The notes under the pieces: generated by a model | Databases searched by the model: none | The model's input: only the letters and a program-made list of their open reading frames with translations | What the model was told of the DNA's origin: nothing | Assembly: GCF_964355755.1 (NCBI RefSeq) | Contig: NC_092674.1 | Coordinates: 27,962,001 to 28,026,000 of the forward strand | Direction of reading: 5' to 3' | Source: Antedon mediterranea | Lineage: Eukaryota > Animalia > Echinodermata | DNA length: 64,000 nt | Shown: positions 1-10,518 of the stretch, piece after piece | Numbering within the stretch: the stretch's first letter is position 1 | Layout: each line of letters begins with the position of its first letter | Program-made: the position numbers and the translations under genes

Positions 1-469
1 TTTGATTGTGTTAGATTGTAATAAAGAAATTGTATTAATAAATGAATTTGCTTTGATTCAATACCCTATTTTAATGGTGAGAAGAAGAAGATTGAAAAAC
101 TACATTATTTAATATTGCACATCAGACTTTTATTTTATTTAAAGAACTAGGTAATCATATTTTAAAATATATATATTTTCTCTGAATATTAAATACATTG
201 CATCCTGTTAAATTACATAGTAATGATCTGTTTGAAATCTCAATAGCTTTATATACATTGTTTCATTTAATTTTCATTTCAAAACTGCTGTGGTTGTCTA
301 CTCATAGGCACTAGAGTAATAGTTACACTCGCCAGTGTACAGTCTGGGCCTTGGATGTACCTCAACCTCCATTGTTCCCCTGGGCCTGCTTCGTGCAGTT
401 CCACTTGACCCTCCAATGTACCTCCATGCTCCACGCTCCACTTGTCTGCTCATTGTCAGTGGTTCCACT

Positions 470-1045
470 CCACCCCTCCTTAACCTAGACCACCTACTCC
501 TCGTCCACCCCCTCTAACACATCTTCCACTTGTTTATGTGACTGCCCCAGTATCCCAATCTATGCTCGGCGTCCTTGTCACCTATTCTTGCTGTATAGTT
601 CTGGTCTGTCTCCTTCAAAATTCCAGCCTCCACCCCTCTTCTACCAGACCACCTCCCACTACTCCTCCTTGTCCACACCCTCTTGAACATCTTCCACTAG
701 TTCATGTGACTGCCCCAGTATCCCAATCTATGCTCGGCGTCCTTGTCACCTATTCTTGCTGTTAGTTCCATCTGGTCTCTCTCCTTCAAAACTCCAGCCT
801 CCACCCCTCCTCTACCGGACCACCTCCCACTACTCCCCCTCGTCCACCGACTCAAAAACATCTTCCAGTAGTTTATGTGACTGCCCCAGTTTCCCAATTT
901 ATGCTCAGCGTCCTGGTCACCTATCCTTCCTGTTAGTGTTAGTTCCATCTGGTCTGTCTCCTTTAAAACTCCAGCCTCCACCCCTCCTCTACTGTACCAC
1001 CTCCCATTACTCCTCCTCGTCCACCGCCTCTAGGACATCTTCCAA
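470..1045. repeat. Tandem repeat of ~170-bp units (~3.5 copies) overlapping the stop codon/3' UTR of orphan gene copy A
   Basis: CATCTTCCA recurs at ~520, 688, 859 and 1036 (periods 168-177 bp); the units share TGACTGCCCCAGT and CCAGCCTCCACCCCTC. The same array occurs at 4421-4941. Confidence 0.9.
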
Positions 1046-2864
1046 CACACTCTGTGGTTCCATTAATGTTTGGTTGTGTTGTTGCTTCATTCGTAATTTC
1101 AATCTTCTGTTACGTTCTCGTCTTTTCGCCATCTCGTTCATATTGTCTTTTAGCTTTAGCTATAAAATATAAATATTATACATTAAATTTTCGTCAACTG
1201 AAAAGAAAATTAAGTATTTGTTTGTTTCTTACTTATTTTTTTGTTAGTTACTTACTTGGCGGTACCGATTAAGCATTCCAATTTCTTCCATCAGTTCACT
1301 GTCATTATCTGCCTGTGCCATTGTAGAAAACGCAGATGGCATCTCCCTGTTCACGTCTCTATAGGATAGAAGTAGTTCGTCCTCGATGCCGAACCGCGAT
1401 GGCGGTCGACGACGTCGTGTAGTAAGTCTGCTGTCCACAGACAAGTCTTCGACATTGCTGAATAAAATTATTAACAACATAACTTTTCTCAATTATGATA
1501 CAGTAGTTGATAACAAATGATGATGATTTAATAAAGACGATGATTATACAATACCTTCTGATCACACGAGTAGGAACATCCGTCGGTAGTATAAAACGGT
1601 CAGAAAGTTCATCTGTGAATAATAAAAAACATGTTTTAAAATCATATCCTTTTTAAACTAAAACTTAAATACAAGAAAATTTTGTCTATAACCTGTACCG
1701 TACCCAATCTCCTATTGCCTTCTTGAACCATTTTGTATTCTTCAACGTCTAAATCTGAGTTCACACTATGTTTGTCGCCCTCCTCCGACGAGTCATCTAC
1801 CATTCATTTCATCATCTATAACGTCAGGCATAGGCTGCTCACTGAAAAAAGATTAAAATCATACAAGAACTTATGATGTTCTCTTAGGCTGGTCGTAATT
1901 TCTACTCGTCTCTTCATCTAAACAAAATTAGACATAGCGTAGATTGTAGGCCTAATTAAAATGTGTTTTGAGAATTGAAATTAATAGTTATCCTTACAGA
2001 ACGCTTTGCTCTTCCAGATCCTCACATTTCATGTCATCTTCTTTAACCAATTCTGATTCATCCTCTTTTAAACTAAATTTAGAGAATGATTAAGAGAAAT
2101 AATTAGTACCAATAATAATAATAGTTAACGACAAATGAAATCTAACAGTTAAAGCCGAAGTCTCAACCAGAATGATAGGTAGAGCGTAAATATCGTGATT
2201 AATATAAAATATGTTATATAAATACCATACATTTTTAAAATCTTTCCTGTACGTAATGGTGTTGTCAGTCTCCTCAGATTATTAATGAACTAAAAACTTG
2301 TATCATGAGTAGCAAACGATATCATATCCACTGCTGAGTCAGTCAAGTTTACCGTGCCTTTTGGCAGGGAATTCAGTTTATGTGACCCCACTAAAACTCT
2401 TTTACATCTAGACACTAAATAATAAATAACCTTTTATTTGAATCTGCTGCCTCGGCTTCAACCAGTAGTGGTATGTCTACGTCTTGTTTGACAGCAGGTG
2501 TCTCTACACCATCATTGCAGTCTTTCACTTCATATACATCTCTGACCTCGGCCATGGTTCTTCTCCGTGACCTGATTGACCGACGGATTCTTGTGAAAAT
2601 TGAAGTCTTCTTTTTCTTTTCTTTGCTATCCGTACCGTGGCTATCCGACAGATCCTCTACTGGTGGGACGTCTGCCAACGCAGTTGCTGAGGAACCATTG
2701 TCATTGTTGGTATCGTCTTTAGCTTCAGCGCTTTCGGTTGGCACCGATTGCATAGGATTATCAACATCAGTTCCTTCATCTTCTTCTAATTTCCCATGAT
2801 TGTCCACCACGGTGGATTCAACAGTATAACTTCCACAAGAAAGTACGCTGCATTTATTACCCAT
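1007..2864 (-). pseudogene. Orphan acidic protein with N-myristoylation-type start, copy A (2-bp deletion in exon 3; probable pseudogene or truncated isoform)
   Basis: Minus-strand exons 2864-2431, 2072-1998, 1841-1704, 1612-1555, 1457-1256 and 1159-1007 have GT-AG boundaries and are colinear with copy B. Exon 3 is 138 nt versus 140 nt in copy B, giving an in-frame TGA at 1795-1793. Confidence 0.6.
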
Positions 2865-2989
2865 TATAATAAACGAATTAATACAATAACCTAGATAAAT
2901 AGATTTCACAATAACTTCTAAGTTGTCGATAGTTTTCTGAATTAGATATTAATGTTCTGTATCGTAGGAACGTTCACGCACACACGATA

Positions 2990-3003
2990 ATTGGCATGGC
3001 AAC
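2990..3003. promoter_or_regulatory. RFX X-box-like motif upstream of orphan copy A
   Basis: ATTGGCATGGCAAC matches the palindromic X-box GTTGCCATGGCAAC at 12/14; it is identical in copy B (8292-8305). NRF1-like ACTGCGCATG lies nearby (~3028). Confidence 0.4.
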
Positions 3004-4420
3004 GCAATGCTCACGTCATACAACCACACTGCGCATGTCGGCTCACTCTCTCGATCGAATCGACTGCGCATGCTGGCGCGCGTATTATAACTATTCAACT
3101 AGATCTTTGCTATTCAATGAATGATCTTGGATTTAGGCTAATTTATGATCTTTACCAACGTTATAGTTTCAACGTTTTTTAACCAGATCAGTGAATGAAA
3201 GGAATAAATAGAAATCAGAGATTAATGCTATAGGTGGCATCAAATGTTGGCTCTTAAATGATGAAAGAAGGGATTAAGATGAAGTGAAAGTCGGGTGCAC
3301 CGTGTGGGGGGGGGGGGGGGGCGGCGGGGCTTGTCTTACAGCCATATAGTACATAGAGCCTACTAATGTAATCTATAGTTTAGGTGGATTGAGAAAGTAC
3401 AGATAGGTATGGCCACGACGTGCAATTATTTATTTATACTTTATTACATATCAGATTGTTAATTAAAATCCGGAATTACCCGCAGTATGACGAGAATCGG
3501 TCTCAGATTAATTTAAGATGCATTTTTAATCAATCTAATTTTATTTACAGCATGGTATAATCGAATGCACATAATTACATTCCAGCTGATCATTCGGATA
3601 AATATAAATTAATGTTGCAACCCGGAAAATTTTCTTTTAAATTTGGAATCAAAATGTTTTCATGATAGGCCTACCAGAAATACACATTGCAAACATTTAC
3701 GGCAAGAACATTCTGTTTTCGCAAATGAGATAACTATTATTATTACACATCATAACATTAATGCCCTACCTCCTATGTCCGGAATAATTTTAAAATAGAA
3801 TTCCCATTTTGCACCTTGCCATTTTAAAACACATGTGATAACAATGTATGGTTTTAAAAAAAGCTTTAAAGGATAGTTTATTCCTATGTGATCATTCTAT
3901 AACTTCAACAAAGACAATGCTAGATAAATCATTTCTTTAAAAACTGCTCACTTTATTTTCATCATATTTATATATTATTTGTATATTCTTAAGTTTTCTT
4001 AATGATATTCATATCTGATCATTTATCGCAATGCATTATGACCTGATCATCTTTTATGAATACAAAGACCAATACATAATGTAGGCCTAATTCAATTCTG
4101 TTTCGTATCATGCAGTCTAATATTTTACAAGTTAGGTGTGTTATGCAACGACATGTGCCATGTGGTATTAAAACCATTTATGTTAGGCCTATATCCTCCA
4201 TTTCATAACTCATCACAGAAACCTAAAAATGAAAAAGAAAGAAGAAATCCGTTTAGTATTCAAAAAGATAGGCCTACAGTATTATAAACGGTATAACTAG
4301 AGGTGTGTTCACATTACACATCAAATTCGGCCACACTGGGCTGACTAACGTGAGCACTTACCTAACGTAGAAGATGCTAACTAAAATCTGGTGAATAATA
4401 CTCATCGTCTGACTTTCTTT

Positions 4421-4941
4421 ACTAGTTTATGGACTGCCGCGCCCCAGTATCACAATCTATGCTCAGCGTCCTGGTCACCTATCATTGCTGTATATTTCCA
4501 TCTGGTCTGTCCCCTTCAAAACTCCAGCCTCCACCCCTCCTCTACTCGACCGCCTCCCACTACTCCTCCTCGTCCACTGCCTCTAAGACATCTTCCATAA
4601 GTTTATGTGACTGCCCCAGTATCCCAATCTATGCTCAGCGTCCTGGTCGCCTATCCTTGCTGTATAGTTCCATCTGGTCTGTCTCCTTTAAAACTCCAGC
4701 CTCCACCCCTCCTCTACCAGACCACCTCCCACTACTCCTCCTCGTCCACCGCCTCTAAGACATCTTCCACTAGTTTATGTGACTGCCCCAGTATCCCAAT
4801 CTATGCTCAGCGTCCTGGTCGCCTATCCTTGCTGTATAGTTCTATCTGGTCTGTCTCCTTCAAAACTCCAGCCTCCACCCTTCCTCTACTCGACCACCTC
4901 CCATTACTCCTCCTCGTCCACCGCCTCTAAGACATCTTCCA
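4421..4941. repeat. Tandem repeat of 172-bp units (~3 copies) at the 3' end of orphan gene copy B
   Basis: CATCTTCCA at 4589, 4761 and 4933 (period 172); the units are near-identical. Confidence 0.9.
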
Positions 4942-7900
4942 ACACACCCTGTGGTTCCATTAATGTTTGGTTGTGTTGTTGCTTCATTCGTAATTTCAAT
5001 CGTCTGTTACGTTCTCGTCTTTTTGCCATCTCGTTCATATTGTCTTTTAGCTTTAGCTATAAAATATAAATATAAATATACATTTATATTGGCGTCAACT
5101 GAAATGAAAATTAAGTATTTGTTTGTTTCTTACTTATTTTTTTGTTAGTTACTTACTTGGCGGTACCTATTAAGCATTCCAATTTCTTCCATCAGTTCAC
5201 TGTCATTATCTGCCTGTGCCATTGTAGAAAACGCAGATGGCATCTCCCTGTTCACGTCTCTATAGGATAGAAGTAGTTCGTCCTCGATGCCGAACCGCGA
5301 TGGCGGTCGGCGACGACGTGTAGAAAGTCTGCTGTCCACAGACAAGTCTTCGACATTGCTGAATAAAATTATTAACAATATAACTTTTCTCAATTATGAT
5401 AGTTGATAACAAATGATGATGATTTAATAAAGACGATGATTATACAATACCTTCTGATCACACGAGTAGGAACATCCGTCGGTAGTATATAACGGTCAGA
5501 AAGTTCATCTGTGAATAATAAAAAACATGTTTTAAAATCATATCCTTTTTAAACTAAAACTTAAATACAAGAAAATGTTGTCTATAACCTGTACCGTACC
5601 CAATCTCCTATTGCCTTCTTGAACCATTTTGTATTCTTCAACGTCTAAATCTGAGTTCACACTATGTTTGTCGCCCTCCTCCGACGAGTCATATACCGTA
5701 TTCAGTTCATTATCTATAACGTCAGGCATAGGCTGCTTACTAAATTTAAAAAAAATCATACAAGAACTTATGATATTCTCCTAGGCTATTCGTAATTTCT
5801 ACTCGTCTCATACCGTAGATTGTAGGAGGCCTAAATAAAATGTGTTTTAAGAATTGAAAATAATAGTTATCCTTACAGAACGCTTTGCTCTTCTAGATCC
5901 TCACATTTCATGTCATCTTCTTTAACCAATTCTGATTCATCCTCTTTTAAACTAAATTTAGAGAACTAGATGGTACGCTCGCTTCGCTCGCGTACCATCT
6001 AGGTCGTGCCCACAGATGGTTCTCGAATACATAATAATTTCAGCGTTAAAAAACTGGCGATTTCAAATGTACGTACAATAATACATGTCGTTTATAGGAA
6101 CGAATAAATAGACACTGATTTATGTACTCAACTAAAATTAGCACCCTGAGAATTACTTCCGAAAGAGAAACTTGTCACAAAATGTGACCAATTGTTTAAG
6201 TCAAATTTAAACAAACTAAATTTGTGTTTTGTATGTAACATTAGGGGTGAGGGATGGGGAAGAGGGTGGGTGCAAAGAGGAACAATTTTTAAAAATATAT
6301 TAAATATATTCTTTATCGATTTAGTAACGAAATATTAATTGTTTTCATGTTTTACAAATAATATATCACTAAACACAGTAAAACATTGCTATGTAACACT
6401 TTGTTGAAACTATCACCGTCCTAGTCGATTGAAATAGTACAGTACATGTAACGATACATCACTACGACGTGTATGTTTATATAATGTAAAACAATTTGTG
6501 AAAACCACCTCTATTCGGGGAAAATCATAAAATCGATTTAATCGTCAATAAAAATTAAATTATCTAACTCAACTTTATTAGTAGGCCTAATGGTTTTCAA
6601 TTGTTTCTTGAGCCAATTCATACTTAAGTTGGTTCCTACCCTACCCACCAAAGTTGTTCTGCGTTTAGGGGATTTGATGCACCGTAGGCCTATCCTCTAC
6701 TGGCTTTACAACGCTACTCATGCCAGTGAGGGAAGGGTGATGATGTGGGTGGTTTAAATGCAATAATAAAGATTTGTACATAATATACGGCGACTGAAAA
6801 CGCTAGCTCATTATCCGTTAAAAAAAAAATTATATCCAACCTCTGTAGCACAGATTGAAAAAAAAATGGATCGAATTTCTGTTATGAGTATCAGTACTTG
6901 CCTTTACGACGCCTGAGGGAATAGACACTTGTGGAACAGAGATTGGAATGTTCCATTCATCGCAAATCAATACATTTGTATAAACGTATATTAAATCTAT
7001 CAAAATAGTATTTTTTAAAGAAAAGCGGCCTGTCTTCAACATTATGATGCTGTACTCGAGCTGTTCAACCGGTTTTCAGCCATTAAAAACAATTATCGTA
7101 GGAGGAGATAGGAAAATGCGAAGCATCCTCGTATTATTGTCTGTGGGTATTTTTCAAGACGGACATCCATTAGACAGTGTATACCACGATCGAAAAACAC
7201 CCCTATTTGGGGCAAATCGTTGAACCTAAATTCGTTTTAATTGTCAATAACTAATTATCTAACTCAATTTAATTAGTAAACAGGGTTACATCAGGTGGTT
7301 AAAATCAGTACCGAGATTCTAACCAACTTTATATACCATCGAGTAAACATTCTAGAAAAAACGCGCGATTTACCGAATTTTGCCCTTACGTAAATTTATA
7401 TATAGATGATTAAGAGAAACAATAATAATATTTAACGACAAATGAAATCTAACAGTTAAAGCCGAAGTCTCAACCAGAATGATAGGTAGAGCGTAAATAT
7501 CGTGATTAATATAAAATATGTTATAAATACCATACATTTTTTTAATCTTTCCTGTATGTAATGGTATTGTCAGCCTTCTCAGATTATTAATGAACTAAAA
7601 CTTGTATCATGAGTAGCAAACGATATCATATCCACTGCTGAGTCAGTCAAGTTTACCGTGCCTTTTGGCAGGGAATTCAGTTTATGTGACCCGGCCTACT
7701 AAAACTTTTACATCTATAAGACACTAAACAATAAATAACCTTTCATTTGAATCTGCCGCCTCGGCTTCAACCGGTAGTGGTATGTCTACGTCTTGTTTGA
7801 CAGCAGGTGTCTCTCCACCATCATTGCAGTCTTTCACTTCATATACATCTCTGACCTCGGCCATGGTTCTTCTCTGTAACCTGATTGACCGACGGATTCT

Positions 7901-8164
7901 TGTGAAAATTGAAGTCTTTTTCTTTTCTTTGCTATCCGTATCGTGGCTATCCGACAGATCCTCTACTGGTGGGACGTCTGCCAACGCAGTTGCTGAGGAA
8001 CCATTGGCATGGTTGGTATCGTCTTCAGCTACAGCGTTTACGGTTGGCAATTGCATAGGATTATCAACATCAGTTCCTTCATCTTCTTCTAATTTCTCGC
8101 GATTGTCCACCACGGCGGATTCAACAGTATAACTTCCACAAAGTACGCTACATTTATTACCCAT
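4904..8164 (-). CDS. Orphan ~350-aa acidic, low-complexity protein with N-myristoylation/palmitoylation-type start (MGNKCSVLCG) and a polybasic segment, copy B
   Basis: Minus-strand exons 8164-7740, 5951-5877, 5739-5600, 5508-5451, 5358-5157 and 5056-4904 total 1053 nt, join in frame through GT-AG introns and end ...LEAVDEEE*. The exon 3 donor (GTACGG) is weak and was chosen for frame. Confidence 0.7.
5966..7406 (-). mobile_element. Non-autonomous Helitron (rolling-circle transposon), 1441 bp
   Basis: Absent from the paralog (empty site AGAGAA|TGATTAAG at 2086/2087). On the minus strand it starts TCTATATATAAA, ends in a GC-rich hairpin and CTAG, and is inserted between A and T with no TSD. 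Confidence 0.9.
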
Positions 8165-8291
8165 TAATAAACGAATTAATTACTACAAAAGATAAAATAG
8201 ATTTATAAAATATAAGGTAAGCATAAGGTTTCCTATAAGTTTCTGAATTAGATAAGCAAGTTGTATCGTAGGAATGTTGACGCGCACGATA

Positions 8292-8305
8292 ATTGGCATG
8301 GCAAC
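8292..8305. promoter_or_regulatory. RFX X-box-like motif upstream of orphan copy B
   Basis: ATTGGCATGGCAAC (12/14 to GTTGCCATGGCAAC), followed by ACTGCGCATG (~8324), in a CpG-richer patch. Confidence 0.4.
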
Positions 8306-8979
8306 GCGATGCGTACTTTCCTAACTGCGCATGTCGGCTTCCTTCCTCTCTTTTAATTTCTCCTCGTTCCTCCCTCCGATATCCTCGACAACTTTTCTCG
8401 AGATAAAATGCTATACCGCCCTCTATAAATGTTTCATTTTTTTATAATTTTTACCAAAAGATAATATATTTAATTGTTTTGTTTTTCCCCCATAGTTTGT
8501 GTTCAGTAACAAAAAATAACATTTCTAAATACATCGTTTTGAGAATATTATTTTAAACTTCATTTCCACTATTTTTTACCAACTTCATAATCCATCACAT
8601 GCATTTTTTATTTTAATATTTTAAAATGGTTTGTAGAATATTATGCCTAGTCTAGTTAGTATTTTCCCCCTTCCTTTTAAAACTATATTTTAGCTATGAT
8701 AGGATATTGAATTCATGAAAGGTCTACTGAAATTAGGACATTACATTACGGTGTTCTACAAAACTGAAAACAATTTTATATCATTTATTTAATATTCTTA
8801 TTTTCTTAAATATGAGGTTTAATTTTCACCATCAATTTGTGTTGTCTTGCTTCTGTTTATTACTGTTAAACAATATCCCCTCTTAAGCTACATCCACACT
8901 TTACGAAACGGAAAAAAGCGCCGTTCAATTCTTTATATGATTTCAAAGATAAATCATAAATCTAAAACTTTCCGGATGG

Positions 8980-9189
8980 GAAAAAAATATGGAACGAGTA
9001 CGTTTACGTACGACACGCTCGTGTGCTTTATCGTTACGACACGCATGGATTACCTCGGAAGACTTCGGATCGGTCGGTTCTTCCGCACTGTCAACATTGA
9101 TTTGTATGCTGCTGGTGGTTGGGAGTAATTTTAAAACTGTCTTAAAACGGTATTATTTTGTGGTTTTGAGCACTTTATTACGATATCAG
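8980..9189 (+). promoter_or_regulatory. Probable promoter/first non-coding exon of INPP4
   Basis: Locally CpG-rich patch ending in the donor CAG|GTAAAT at 9189/9190; the next acceptor TTTGCAG at 10450 precedes the ATG exon. Start coordinate is approximate. Confidence 0.4.
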
Positions 9190-10518
9190 GTAAATGAAAA
9201 TTAACTCATGCATTTAATGAACATTATCGGAATGTTTTTGTGGATTGTTTTTAGTATTTAATATCATTTGTTGGAGTCAAACTTATTTACATCCCTAGGC
9301 CTACCCTCACTAGCACAACAGCAATTTACACATGGATATAACACAGTCGTTCGGGACACTCACAGCCGCCCTGGCTGGCACATGCACCGAACATGACCAA
9401 GCCTAGCTTCGAATTTATTGCGTCTTTGGTGCTTAATTTATAGTTTATACTGCACTTACGTAATAAAATTAATTTCTTAATTATTTCACTCATTTCATTT
9501 TTTTGTTATTAATATATAAAATTAATTTTTTTTGTTAATATATAAAATTAATTGTTTTAATTATTTTTTACTAGCTAGGCCTAGGATCGTAGGAAGCCAA
9601 CAAAACTATTTCAGATTATTACTAAACTAAATAGTATTGCAGATGAAGACATACTGTATAAATATGTTTTTGTAAGGTAAGTCTACAATGATCTTATCAA
9701 ACCATAGTTTTTGTACATTATTTGGTGACATTTGAGTTGAGAGACTCACTTAATTGTGCTTTCTTCCTGCATATCATAAACTGACATTTAAGACCATTGT
9801 AAAATTGTAGTGTGTTTAAGTTTACGAATAGTGAATCATTTTTTAGCATATTTACTGGGTTTAATCAAATTTTTACAAAATTACATCAAATATTGTTCAT
9901 TTAATTTTGGGATCATAAAATGTTTTTAAAATTTAGTTTCTAAGCTTCATGCCAAGTGTGTTTCTTTAAATTTATTTATAAATCTGTTTCAACAAATATA
10001 ATCATAAAATACAGCTTATTTAAAATTCTAAATATTTGCCTATAAACTTCCTAGAAGGGTAAATAGAATACTGTATGTATGTATTAATATAGAAAGGAAA
10101 TAACAATAAAATTTGACCATAAGAACTGTTGCACACTTTCCCCGTAGCTCTCCACAGGGAATCATAAATGTCACTTACTTTTCCCTTTTTGTTTCCTGCT
10201 ATAAAGGCCATGCTAACTGGGTCAAAATGTTCCAATTGCAAGTGACATTTTAAAAGCTTTCATTTGTAAGTTTGTGTGTAATTAATAAATTTGTTACTTA
10301 ACACTGTTGGTTTTTCAGTTTTAGATTGAATTATTTTTTTTGTTCCTGCTAAAGAGAAATTAATTAGTCGGATGTCATTTTAATTTTATCATTGTCACGT
10401 GATTTAATAATATAAATACTCGAATCTTAGCCTCATTTTTTCGTTTGCAGTGAGCATTCTCGAAGCATCCGAGCCCTGTTAACATCAATGGTTGGATTGC
10501 CATCTTGGGCCTAGCATT

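Noticed and set aside
538-1172. Plus-strand Ser/Pro-rich ORFs (also 4391-5069)
   Set aside because: Frames of the ~172-bp tandem repeat, antisense to the orphan gene.
3306-3329. Poly-G tract as a regulatory G-quadruplex (also poly-C at ~27240 and ~32652)
   Set aside because: Simple homopolymers of unreliable length, with no context suggesting function.
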